This document shows positions 34,422 through 43,310 of a stretch of DNA of 64,000 bases, piece after piece. The DNA lies in the NCBI GenBank assembly GCA_035651155.1, contig DASRGG010000027.1:36182-100181 (forward strand). The letters run 5' to 3'. The notes beneath the pieces are model-generated. The model did not search any database. It was not told where the DNA came from and saw only the letters and a list, made by a program, of their open reading frames with translations. This DNA is from Candidatus Limnocylindria bacterium (GTDB taxonomy: Bacteria; Chloroflexota; Limnocylindria; P2-11E). Both the position numbers and the translations under genes were made by a program. Position 1 is the stretch's first letter. Every line of letters starts with the position of its first letter.

Positions 34422-36819
34422 GCTCGCCATCCTCGGGCGGCGCCTGCCGAAGGTGAACGCTTGGGCGCACCTCACCGGCGGCGCGCGCTACGCCGACGAC
34501 ATCCAGCTGCCGCGCATGCTGTACGGACGGCTGCTGCGCTCCACGCGGCCGCACGCGCGCCTCACGCGCATCGACACCTCGCGCGCGCTCGCGCATCCCG
34601 GCGTGGTCGCCGTGGTCACCGGCGCGGACATGCCCGAGAAGATGGGCATCATGCCGTCGACGCAGGACGAGACCGCGCTCGCGGTGGGCAAGGTCCGCTA
34701 CGTCGGCGAGCCCGTCGCGGCGGTCGCCGCGCTCGACGAGGACACCGCGTTCGAGGCGCTCTCGCTCATCGACGTCGAGTACGAGGACCTCGAGCCGATC
34801 TTCACCATCGAAGAGGCGCTCGAGCGCGAGGACGTGAAGATCCACGACGAGGCCAAGCGCGCGAACGTGTTCAAGGAGGTGCACCTTTCGTTCGGCGATC
34901 TCGAGGCGGGCTTCGCGGCCGCGGATCACGTGCGGGAGGACTGGTTCTTCTTCGAGGGGAACACGCACGCGCCGATCGAGTCGCACGCCTGCGTGGCCTC
35001 GTACGACGCCGACGGGAAGCTGACGCTCTGGTCGAGCACGCAGGTGCCGCACTACCTGCACCGAGAGATGGAGAAGGTGCTGGGCCTGCCGCGCTCGCGC
35101 ATCCGGGTGATCGCCACGCCCAGCGGCGGCGCGTTCGGCGGCAAGAGCGATCCCTTCGGCCACGAGTTCTCCGCCGCGCTCCTCTCCATGCGGACGAAGC
35201 GGCCGGTGAAGATCACGCTCGACCGGGAGGAGGTCTTCTACGCGCACCGCGGCCGTCACCCCGTGAAGATGCGCATCAAGACCGGCGTCAAGAAGGACGG
35301 CGAGATCACCGCGGTCGAGTTCAGCTCGTACCTCGACGGCGGGGCGTACGCGTCGTACGGCATCGCCACCACCTACTACACCGGCGCGCTCCTCACGGTC
35401 ACGTACCGCGTGCCCGCCTACAAGTTCGACGGTATCCGCGTGTACACGAACAAGCCGCCCTGCGGGCCGAAGCGCGGCCACGGCACGACGCAGCCACGCT
35501 TCGCCTTCGAGTGCCAGCTCGACAAGATCGCCGCGGACCTCGGCTTCGATCCGATCGCGTACCGCCTGCGCATCCTGCAGCCCCCGCAGAGCCGCACCGT
35601 CAACGAGCTCCGCGTGACGACGATGGGCCTCGGGGAATGTCTTGCCGCGGTGCGCGACGCGACCGGCTGGGAGCGCAAGAAGGGACAGCTGCCGAAGGGC
35701 AAGGGCATCGGCGTGGCGGGAAGCGCGTACATCTCCGGCGCCGGCCTGCCGATCTACTGGAACGAGATGCCGCATTCCGGCGCGGAGATCCGCATCGACC
35801 GCGGCGGCGGCGTCACCGTGATGTGCGGCACGAGCGAGATCGGACAGGGCTCGGACAACATGCTCGCGGCGGTCACGGCGGAGACGCTCGGCATCTTCCC
35901 CGAGGACGTGCACGTCGTGTCCGGCGACACGAGCCTCGCGCCGGTCGACCTCGGCTCCTATTCGAGCCGGGTCACGATGATGGCGGGCAACGCGACGAAG
36001 AACGCGGGCCAGAAGCTGCGCGCGATGCTCTTCGAGGTCGCCTCCGAGAAGCTCGGCGTGCCGAAGGAGCGTCTCTCCGCGGCCTTCCGTCGCGTGTACG
36101 ACCTGCAGGATCCGGAGAAGCACCTGTCCTTCGTCGAGGCCGCCAATCTCGCCGAGGCGAGGTACGGGACGCTCGTGGCGGCGGGCTCGTACCGCCCGCC
36201 GGCCGGTATCGGCGGCGGCTACAAGGGAGCCGGCGTGGGCCCGACGCCCGCGTACTCCTATCAGGCCGCCGTCGCCGAGGTCACGGTGGACCTCGAGACG
36301 GGGCAGCTCACCGTCGACAAGATCACGAGCGCGCACGACTGCGGCCGCGCGCTCAACCCGACGAACGTGGAGGGCCAGATCGAAGGGTCCGCGTACATGG
36401 GCTACGGCGAGATCGCCGTCGAGGAGCAGGTCTTCCGCGGCGGCCTGCACAAGAAGCCGAGCCTGCTCGACTACAAGCTGCCGACGAGCCTCGACACGCC
36501 CGCGCTCGAAGCGATCCTCGTCGAGACGATCGACAGCGAAGGACCCTTCGGCGCGAAGGAGGCGGGCGAAGGCCCGCTCAATCCGGTGATCCCGGCGATC
36601 GCGAACGCGGTGTACGACGCGATCGGCGTGCGCTTCGACGAGACGCCGATCACCGCCGAGAAGATCCTCGACGCGCTGGGGAAGCGCGACAACCGCGGCG
36701 TGCCGAAGGACCGCATCGGCCCGACGGGCCTCACGAGCGGCAAGGGCGATCCGAAGCGCGCCGTGCGCCGGCTCACGGCGTCCACCGAGGAGCGCGAGCG
36801 CAGGCGGAGCGCGACCTGA
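34414..36819 (+). CDS. Xanthine-dehydrogenase-family molybdopterin-binding large subunit (locus A)
   Basis: An 801-aa protein with N-terminus GRRLPKVNAWAHLTGGARYADD and a C-terminus GAKEAGEGPLNPVIPAIANAV typical of the family. It overlaps the small subunit gene by 8 nt. Confidence 0.9.
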   Translation: MSELAILGRRLPKVNAWAHLTGGARYADDIQLPRMLYGRLLRSTRPHARLTRIDTSRALAHPGVVAVVTGADMPEKMGIMPSTQDETALAVGKVRYVGEPVAAVAALDEDTAFEALSLIDVEYEDLEPIFTIEEALEREDVKIHDEAKRANVFKEVHLSFGDLEAGFAAADHVREDWFFFEGNTHAPIESHACVASYDADGKLTLWSSTQVPHYLHREMEKVLGLPRSRIRVIATPSGGAFGGKSDPFGHEFSAALLSMRTKRPVKITLDREEVFYAHRGRHPVKMRIKTGVKKDGEITAVEFSSYLDGGAYASYGIATTYYTGALLTVTYRVPAYKFDGIRVYTNKPPCGPKRGHGTTQPRFAFECQLDKIAADLGFDPIAYRLRILQPPQSRTVNELRVTTMGLGECLAAVRDATGWERKKGQLPKGKGIGVAGSAYISGAGLPIYWNEMPHSGAEIRIDRGGGVTVMCGTSEIGQGSDNMLAAVTAETLGIFPEDVHVVSGDTSLAPVDLGSYSSRVTMMAGNATKNAGQKLRAMLFEVASEKLGVPKERLSAAFRRVYDLQDPEKHLSFVEAANLAEARYGTLVAAGSYRPPAGIGGGYKGAGVGPTPAYSYQAAVAEVTVDLETGQLTVDKITSAHDCGRALNPTNVEGQIEGSAYMGYGEIAVEEQVFRGGLHKKPSLLDYKLPTSLDTPALEAILVETIDSEGPFGAKEAGEGPLNPVIPAIANAVYDAIGVRFDETPITAEKILDALGKRDNRGVPKDRIGPTGLTSGKGDPKRAVRRLTASTEERERRRSAT

Positions 36820-37823
36820 TGCTTCGCCTGCCGCGCTTCCGCTACGTCTCGCCCCCGACGCTCGAGGAGGCCATCCGTCTGCGCACCGAGCACGCCGACT
36901 CCTCGATGTACGTCGCCGGAGGGACCGACGTGTACCCGAAGATGAAGCGGCGCCAATTCCAGCCCGAGGTCGTCATCTCGCTCGGACGTGTCGTGAGTGA
37001 CGGCTTCGCGGACGGCACGGGCACCTCGTTCGCCGAACAGGGTCCCCTCCCCCCGGGGCTCCGCATCGGCGCGAACGCGTCGCTCACCGCGGTGAGCGAG
37101 CACCCGAAGGTGCGCGAGGGATACGCCGCGCTCGCGCAGGCGGCGTCGCTCATCTCGACGCCGCAGCTTCGCAACATGGGGACGATCGGCGGCAACATCT
37201 GCCTCGACACGCGCTGCAACTGGTACGACCAGTCGCTCTTCTGGCGCACCGCCGAAGGCTTCTGCATGAAGACGAACGCCGAGGTCGTCTGTCGCGTCGC
37301 CCCGTCGAGCCCGCGCTGCCTCGCGGTCGCGAGCGCCGACACCGTTCCCGCGCTCATCGCGCTCGGCGCGTCGGTGCACGTGGCCGGACCGAGCGGGGAG
37401 CGCGTCGTGGAGCTGGCCGAGTGCTACCGCGATGACGGCATCCGCTACCTGACGCTCGCACCCGGTGAGGTCGTCACCGAGGTGCGGCTGCCGCCGAGGG
37501 ACGGGTGGAAGAGCACCTATCTGAAGCTCCGCGACCGCGGCTCGTTCGACTTCCCGATCGCCGGTCTCGCCGCCGCGGTCCGGTGGGACGGCGCGAAGGT
37601 CGCCGAGGCGCGGGTCGCCATCACGGCGCTCGCCTCGCGTCCGGTCGCGGTCGACGCGAGCGCGCTCGTGGGCACCGCCCTCGAGGACGACGCGATCGCC
37701 GTGGTCGCGGACGCGGTACACAAGGCGGCGCGTCCGATGGACAACACCTCGGGAACGATCAGCCAGCGGAAGCGCGCGTCCCGCGTGTTCGCCGAGCGCG
37801 CCCTTCGTTCGCTGCGCACATGA
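36819..37823 (+). CDS. FAD-binding medium subunit with 4-Cys insertion (locus A)
   Basis: YVAGGTDVYPKMK...QLRNMGTIGGNICLDTRCNWYDQSLFWRTAEGFCMKTNAEVVCRVAPSSPRCLAVASAD. The start overlaps the upstream stop by 1 nt (TGATG). Confidence 0.9.
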   Translation: MLRLPRFRYVSPPTLEEAIRLRTEHADSSMYVAGGTDVYPKMKRRQFQPEVVISLGRVVSDGFADGTGTSFAEQGPLPPGLRIGANASLTAVSEHPKVREGYAALAQAASLISTPQLRNMGTIGGNICLDTRCNWYDQSLFWRTAEGFCMKTNAEVVCRVAPSSPRCLAVASADTVPALIALGASVHVAGPSGERVVELAECYRDDGIRYLTLAPGEVVTEVRLPPRDGWKSTYLKLRDRGSFDFPIAGLAAAVRWDGAKVAEARVAITALASRPVAVDASALVGTALEDDAIAVVADAVHKAARPMDNTSGTISQRKRASRVFAERALRSLRT

Positions 37824-38476
37824 GCCTGAGTCGAGCGACGAGCGGCTCACCCGCGAGGAGCGAGTCCGGAAGCGAGCCGCCCTTCCGAGCCGTCGCGGTC
37901 GTCACGGCCGCGGGTTCGGCGGAGCGCTTCGGCGGCCGGAAGCTGCTCGCCAGGGTGGACGGCGAGCCGCTCCTCGATCGGACGATCCGCGCGCTCCTCG
38001 ACGGCGGAGCGAGCGAGGTGGTCGTCGTCGTGGGGGCGGATTCCCGGTGGGAGCTCGAGCGCGACGTGAACGCGATGAACGACGCCCGCGTGCGCTCGGT
38101 CGAGAATCGGGATCCGTCCCGCGGCATGTTCTCGTCGATCCAGGAAGGCGTCGCGACCGCGAGCGGCGACGCGCTGCTCGTGATGCCCGGCGACATGCCC
38201 TTCGTCCGAGGGGACACGGTACGGGCGGTCATCGCGAAGTACCGGGAGCGCCCGGCCATCGTGTCGCCCCGGTATCGAGGCAAGCGCGGGCACCCGGTCG
38301 CGCTGCCGCCCGTTCTCAGGGACGAGATCGTGGCCACGCCCACGAGCGCCACGTTGCACGACGTCATCAAGCGCCATGTGGACATGCGGGTGGATCTGGA
38401 CGTCGACGACGCGGGCGTTGTTCGCGATGTGGACACCCCGGCTGACCTCGTTGACGGCGGCAAATCGGGAGGCTAA
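37820..38476 (+). CDS. mocA: MobA-like NTP transferase (molybdenum cofactor cytidylyltransferase-like)
   Basis: ATGA overlap with the upstream gene. AVVTAAGSAERFGGRKLLARVDGEPLL...LLVMPGDMPFV. Confidence 0.75.
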   Translation: MSLSRATSGSPARSESGSEPPFRAVAVVTAAGSAERFGGRKLLARVDGEPLLDRTIRALLDGGASEVVVVVGADSRWELERDVNAMNDARVRSVENRDPSRGMFSSIQEGVATASGDALLVMPGDMPFVRGDTVRAVIAKYRERPAIVSPRYRGKRGHPVALPPVLRDEIVATPTSATLHDVIKRHVDMRVDLDVDDAGVVRDVDTPADLVDGGKSGG

Positions 38477-38526
38477 CGTCCGCCCGGGGACCTACAGCCA
38501 AACGCTGCAAAGGTGGGACGACACCC

Positions 38527-39312
38527 GTGAGCGAAGGCACCGGCGAACAGGCGGCACCCGACACTCCGGAGGTCTCCCGCCGGAGCTTGCTCAAGGCGGG
38601 CGTTCCCATCGTCGCCTTCATCGCGCTCGAGGCCATCGGCGGCATCGGCGCGACGAACGGCCCGGCGCCGGGGAAGGTCAAGAACGCCGAGGGCGTGGTC
38701 TTTCCCGATCCGACGCTCTGCATCGGCTGCCTGACATGCGAGGTGATCTGCTCGCAGGAGCACGAGCGGCACGGCCTCTCGAACGTGCCGCGGATCCGCA
38801 TCTTCAACGACCCGACGACGAAGGTGGACCCGGTGATCCAGGCGGCCTACCCCGACCGCGGCCGGTTCCACCAGGAGCCGTGCCTCCAGTGCCCGACCGC
38901 CGAATGCCTCTACGTCTGCCCGGTCGACGCGCTCAAGGTCGAGCCGCGGACCGGCGCGCGGTACATCGACGAGGATCGCTGCGTCACGTGCGGGCGCTGC
39001 AACGAGGCGTGCATCTTCCCGACGAGCGATCTCGCGGAGGCGACCAACCGCGGTGATTCCCCGCCGCAGACGTCGCGCATCACGTACGACCCGGTCCGCG
39101 ACACGTTCGCGAAGTGCGACCTCTGCTTCTGGCGGGACGGCGGTCCGGCGTGCGTCGAGCGCTGCCCGATCAACATCCGCATCCGTCAGGGGATCATCAA
39201 GACCGACGCCGGCCGCATGTGCCTCTCGCTGCCGGCGTCCGACAAGCCGACCTGGGACAAGCTCCGCGCGTTCCAGACGTTCGACGGCAGCCCCGCGGCG
39301 GGCAAGGCCTAG
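38527..39312 (+). CDS. Tat-signal 4x[4Fe-4S] ferredoxin-type subunit (DmsB/FdnH/NrfC-like)
   Basis: The twin-arginine motif is SRRSLLKAG. The four Cys groups are CIGCLTCEVIC, CLQCPTAECLYVCP, CVTCGRCNEAC and CDLCFWRDGGPACVERCP. Confidence 0.85.
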   Translation: MSEGTGEQAAPDTPEVSRRSLLKAGVPIVAFIALEAIGGIGATNGPAPGKVKNAEGVVFPDPTLCIGCLTCEVICSQEHERHGLSNVPRIRIFNDPTTKVDPVIQAAYPDRGRFHQEPCLQCPTAECLYVCPVDALKVEPRTGARYIDEDRCVTCGRCNEACIFPTSDLAEATNRGDSPPQTSRITYDPVRDTFAKCDLCFWRDGGPACVERCPINIRIRQGIIKTDAGRMCLSLPASDKPTWDKLRAFQTFDGSPAAGKA

Positions 39313-40224
39313 ATGAACGGTCGTATCGGTCTCGCGATCGCGGTCGTCCTCACCGGCGTCTCCGCGTTCCTCATCCAGGTCATCGCGTCGCAGGCCGGGA
39401 CCGCGCAGCCGTGGGGCAACGAGCTGAGCGACGACTTCGTCTTCGTGCGCGCGCTCCCCATCGTGCTCGGCCTCGGCGTCGCGTACGGGCTCGTCGGCGG
39501 ATGGGCCCGCTCGACGGGCCGGCCGGCCCGCCGCGGCGATGGCGCGATCCGGCGCTTCTCCGGCACCACGATCGCCCTGCACGCGCTGCTCGCGGTGGGT
39601 TTTCTCCTCGCGCTGCCCACCGGACTCTGGCAGTACCTCGGCGGCATCCTCGACGCTCCGGGCCCGCTGCCGGTCTACCTCTACTACCGCATCCACTACG
39701 TCGGGGCCGCGATCATCCTCGTGGCGGTCACGGGCTTCGTCACGTACTGGTGGATGACGGGGGATCGCTCGCTCCTCATCCCGCGGGGGGACTGGGGTCG
39801 CCATCTGCGCGGCTTCGCGCTCGAGATCCCGCGCCCGCTCGGCACGCGTCTCGCACGCATCCTGAAGCTCGACCTCCGCCGGCCCGCCGGATCGTCGGGC
39901 GCGTTCACCTTCTACGAGAAGGTGTTCTCCTTCCCCACCTGGGGATTCGCGATCGGTCTCATCACCATCACGGGGCTCGTGAAGCTGCTGCGCTACGCGG
40001 TCCCCATCCCGGGCACGATCATCTTCGTCGACTCGACCCTTCACGTGACCGCGATGGTCATCCTCGTCATCCGCACGCTCGACCATCTGCGGTACACGCT
40101 CGGGCGCTGGCCGCTCGTGGTCGCGATCGCCACGGGCTGGCTTCCGCCACGCCGCGGTCACGCCGCGGGCGCGGCCGCTGATGTCGCCGAGGCCGAGCGC
40201 TCGGCGACGGGGGCCGGATCGTGA
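39313..40224 (+). CDS. Integral membrane cytochrome b-like subunit (FdnI / b561-like)
   Basis: The start immediately follows the upstream stop (TAGATG). The protein has about 5 TMs with His residues inside helices (TIALHALL, YYRIHYVG, STLHVTAMV..LDHL). Confidence 0.6.
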   Translation: MNGRIGLAIAVVLTGVSAFLIQVIASQAGTAQPWGNELSDDFVFVRALPIVLGLGVAYGLVGGWARSTGRPARRGDGAIRRFSGTTIALHALLAVGFLLALPTGLWQYLGGILDAPGPLPVYLYYRIHYVGAAIILVAVTGFVTYWWMTGDRSLLIPRGDWGRHLRGFALEIPRPLGTRLARILKLDLRRPAGSSGAFTFYEKVFSFPTWGFAIGLITITGLVKLLRYAVPIPGTIIFVDSTLHVTAMVILVIRTLDHLRYTLGRWPLVVAIATGWLPPRRGHAAGAAADVAEAERSATGAGS

Positions 40225-40448
40225 AGCGGCTCGTGGCCGTGCTGGGCCTGCTCTGGGCCGCCGCGAACCTCGTCGTAACGTACTGGATGGTGACCGGGGC
40301 CTTCATGGCGACCACGGCCCGGAAAGAGGGCCTGGTGGCCCAGGTATCGCTCCTGCTTGGTGGTCTCCTCGTTGGAGCGTTCGCCGTCGGCCTCGGCCGG
40401 CTCTGCCTGCGGATCCTCGCCGCGCCCGACGAGGCGTCCGGCGCGTGA
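40221..40448 (+). CDS. Small two-TM membrane protein (75 aa)
   Basis: GTGA overlap with the cytochrome b gene. MKRLVAVLGLLWAAANLVVTYWMV...LLLGGLLVGAFAVGLG. Confidence 0.45.
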   Translation: MKRLVAVLGLLWAAANLVVTYWMVTGAFMATTARKEGLVAQVSLLLGGLLVGAFAVGLGRLCLRILAAPDEASGA

Positions 40449-40458
40449 GGTGACGCCG

Positions 40459-41586
40459 ATGCGCGCGTTCCGCGTCGTCTCGCTGTTCCTTCTCATCGGC
40501 TCGCTGAGCGTCAACGTCACCGCGGCCTCCTCTCCGATCCGCCAGCTCACCGCGACGGAGGGCTCGAACCTCCGGCCGACCTGGAGCCCGGACGGCAAGC
40601 GCATCGCGTATCAGAGCAATCGCGACGGCAGCTACCACATCTACGTGATGGACGCGGACGGCTCGAACACCAAGCAGATCACGAGCGGCGCGGACACCGA
40701 CGACCGTCACCCCGCGTGGAGTCCCGACGGCCGCGCCATCGCGGTCGATTCCGGCGACGCGACGCACCGCGAGATCTGGATCATCGACGTGGCGTCGCAG
40801 CGGCGCACGCAGGTGACGAAGACCGGCGCGATCGCGAGCTTCCCGAGCTGGAGCCCCGACGGAAAGCGCCTGGCCTTCTACGTCTATCGCGCGAGCGGCG
40901 CCACGTCGGGTGAGTTCAGCGGGACGATGGACGTGTGGACCGCCGCGCGCGACGGCAGCGGCCTGGTCCAGATGACGCGGGGCCTCGCCTCGGAGAAGAA
41001 CAGCCAGTGCACGTTCGCGTGCCACTCCGTCCGCTGGTCGCCGGACAGCACGCGCATCGCGTTCTCGGATGGCGACCTGTCCCGCGTCCTCGTGATGTCC
41101 GCGGTGGCGACCGGCGGCGCGGCGCCCGAGGCGATCACGCCCGACGGCGAGCGCAGCCACTTCCCGGTGTTCCTCTCCAGCGGCCAGCTGCTGTACGTGA
41201 CGGAGCACCTTTCCCTCGATCAGAGCTGGACGGATCTCTGGCGCCAGGACCCGACCTCCACCGCGCAGCGCGATCAGATCGCGCAGGGCATCCTCGCGCA
41301 GGGTCCCTTCGAGTTCTCGGCCGACGGATCGGAGCTGCTCTTCGCCTCACCGCGCAGCGGCAATTTCGAGATCTACGCGGTCACGCTGGATGACGCGGGC
41401 AAGGCCGCGCTCGCGACGAACCCGAACGCGGTGGCCGCGGTGAGGGCGCCGGCGAACACGTCCGCGGCGCTCAAGATCCCCGGCATGTCGCCCGAGGCGT
41501 ACATCCTGCTCGCGATCGCGCTCTTCGCCCTCGTCGGCGAGATCTCGCTGCGCGTCGTGCGCCGCAGGCGCCGGCTGCGCGGCTAG
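40459..41586 (+). CDS. TolB-like beta-propeller (PD40 repeats) with signal peptide and C-terminal TM/Arg-rich tail
   Basis: The signal peptide is MRAFRVVSLFLLIGSLSVNVTA. Repeats of the form PTWSPDGKRIAYQS, PAWSPDGRAIA and PSWSPDGKRLAF follow. The tail is SPEAYILLAIALFALVGEISLRVVRRRRRLRG. Confidence 0.8.
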   Translation: MRAFRVVSLFLLIGSLSVNVTAASSPIRQLTATEGSNLRPTWSPDGKRIAYQSNRDGSYHIYVMDADGSNTKQITSGADTDDRHPAWSPDGRAIAVDSGDATHREIWIIDVASQRRTQVTKTGAIASFPSWSPDGKRLAFYVYRASGATSGEFSGTMDVWTAARDGSGLVQMTRGLASEKNSQCTFACHSVRWSPDSTRIAFSDGDLSRVLVMSAVATGGAAPEAITPDGERSHFPVFLSSGQLLYVTEHLSLDQSWTDLWRQDPTSTAQRDQIAQGILAQGPFEFSADGSELLFASPRSGNFEIYAVTLDDAGKAALATNPNAVAAVRAPANTSAALKIPGMSPEAYILLAIALFALVGEISLRVVRRRRRLRG

Positions 41587-41903
41587 CCCTGCTCGGGCGT
41601 CCCCGGCTCGCGACCTCCGCGTAGCAGATCGCGCCGCGTCAGCGGCGCGCGGCGCTCCTGCTCCTTGCGCTCCTGCTCGGCGAGCCACGCCGCGCGCTTG
41701 GGCGAGCTCGCGGCGGGGTCGCCCTGCGGCGCGCTGGGCTCGGCCGCGGGCGGCGGCGCCATCGCCGCGAGGTCGGCGCGCAGCGACGCGAGCTCGTCGA
41801 GGATGAGGCCGAGCTCGGTCGCGTGAAGCTCCTTGAACGCGCGGATCTGCTGCTCGAGCCGCGCGACGCGCGTCTCGAGCGTCTTGCGTGTCGATTCCTC
41901 CAT
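41583..41903 (-). CDS. Hypothetical coiled-coil protein
   Basis: MEESTRKTLETRVARLEQQIRAFKELHATELGLILDELASLRADL is followed by a Pro/Ala-rich tail. The start overlaps the upstream stop by 1 nt (TGATG). Confidence 0.5.
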   Translation of the reverse strand: MEESTRKTLETRVARLEQQIRAFKELHATELGLILDELASLRADLAAMAPPPAAEPSAPQGDPAASSPKRAAWLAEQERKEQERRAPLTRRDLLRGGREPGTPEQG

Positions 41904-42283
41904 CAGAGGATCTCCATTCCGCGGTGCGTGACGATCCTCGGCGCGTTCGGATCGGCGCGCTCAGCGCCGACCGGGTCGCCGCGCTCGATCTCGCGCAGCA
42001 GCTGCTCCGCGGCGGCGCCGGCGGTCTGGCGTGTGGTCACGACGAGCAGCGCGTCGCCCTCGAGCCGCTCCGCGCGCTCCCGGAGCGCCGGGGACACGAC
42101 GAGGACGTCGTAGCTCTCGGGGAGTGATTCGATCGGCTCCAGGCGCACGCGGATCGCCCAGCCGGCCTTCTTCACCGCGTGCTCGAAGCGCCGGAAGACC
42201 TGGAGGTCGTCCGCGGGGAGCTCGTCGCGGGAAAAGGCGCACACGATCGTCCGCACGACGCGGACCGGCCGCTCCGGCGTCAC
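41903..42283 (-). CDS. Hypothetical protein (126 aa)
   Basis: GC3 is high and the gene is coupled to the downstream coiled-coil gene. I make no confident family assignment. Confidence 0.5.
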   Translation of the reverse strand: MTPERPVRVVRTIVCAFSRDELPADDLQVFRRFEHAVKKAGWAIRVRLEPIESLPESYDVLVVSPALRERAERLEGDALLVVTTRQTAGAAAEQLLREIERGDPVGAERADPNAPRIVTHRGMEIL

Positions 42284-42324
42284 CGTTGACCGCCCATGGG
42301 CGCAACACTACCGTCCGAGCAGCC

Positions 42325-43161
42325 ATGGACGACACGGACGCGCGCGAGCTCGCGACACGGGCGGCTTTCCGGGCCGGACGGCTCGCGATCGCGCGCCTGG
42401 GCGACCCCGGATACCTCTCCTGGCGCGGACATCGCGACGTCGTGGCCGGCGCCGCGATCGAGGTCCAGGACGCGATCCTCGCCGCGCTGAAGCAGGAGTG
42501 CCCGAGCGACGCGTTCCTCACCGAGGAGGGCCCCGAGGACGAGCCGCTCGCGGTCGACGCGGAACGCCTCTGGATCATCGACCCGATCTGCGGCAGCCTG
42601 AACTTCGTCCAGGGCATCCCCTTCTTCGCGATCTCGATCGCGCTCCGCGTCGCGGGCCAGCTGCGCGTGGGCGTCGTCTACGACCCCATCCGCGACGAGA
42701 CGTTCGCGGCGCAGCTCGGCGAGCCGGCGACGCTCAACAACAGGCCCATCACCGTGGTGAACACGTCGCTGGGGCCGGAGTTCTGGGAGCAGGCCTGGGT
42801 CGGCACGGACCTTCCGCACGAGGGGCCGGAGCTGAGCGAGGCGCTCACGGTCTTCGAGCTCATCTCGAAGGAGGTCCTCCACCACGTCGTGCTGGGGTCG
42901 CCCGCGCTCGCTCTGTGCTACGTCGGCGCGGGCCGCCTGCACGCCTACTGGAACCTCCAGGCGAAGCCCTGGGACGTCGCGGCCGCGGGCGTCGTGCTGC
43001 GCCAGGCCGGCGGCCTCATCACCGACGCCGAGGGCGGCACCTGGCTGCACTCCCCCGGCGGCTACGTGGCCGCCAATCCCGCGAGCCACCAGTGGGCACT
43101 CCGGATCATCAAGATGGTCCGCGAGCCCTCCACGAAGCCCCGTAAGGCCCTCGAAGCCTAA
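42325..43161 (+). CDS. Inositol monophosphatase family protein
   Basis: FLTEEG, WIIDPICGSLNFVQGIPFFAISIA and KPWDVAAAGVVLRQAGG are IMPase motifs. Confidence 0.85.
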   Translation: MDDTDARELATRAAFRAGRLAIARLGDPGYLSWRGHRDVVAGAAIEVQDAILAALKQECPSDAFLTEEGPEDEPLAVDAERLWIIDPICGSLNFVQGIPFFAISIALRVAGQLRVGVVYDPIRDETFAAQLGEPATLNNRPITVVNTSLGPEFWEQAWVGTDLPHEGPELSEALTVFELISKEVLHHVVLGSPALALCYVGAGRLHAYWNLQAKPWDVAAAGVVLRQAGGLITDAEGGTWLHSPGGYVAANPASHQWALRIIKMVREPSTKPRKALEA

Positions 43162-43261
43162 GCCGGCCCGATCGCCGCGCTCCGTGAGCCGCCGGCGGCG
43201 TACGCGAGCGAGAGGAGTGCGCCCCGCTCTCCGGCCGCGGTCGCGGCTGCGGACGCGTGGA

Positions 43262-43287
43262 AAGGGGGCGGCTCTCGCCGCCCCCTT
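43262..43287. terminator. Strong hairpin between convergent genes (likely terminator of the minus-strand Mo-hydroxylase operon)
   Basis: aagggggcggc-tctc-gccgccccctt forms a perfect 11-bp stem with a 4-nt loop. On the minus strand it is followed by TTTCC. Confidence 0.6.
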
Positions 43288-43310
43288 CAGACCTCTGGAC
43301 GACGTGCGGG

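Noticed and set aside
41903-42283. The N-terminal RVVRTIVCAFSRD and ...YDVLVVSPAL suggested a PTS EIIB-like fold.
   Set aside because: The phosphocysteine P-loop (CxxGxGTS-like) is absent and there are no other PTS genes nearby. I left it as hypothetical.
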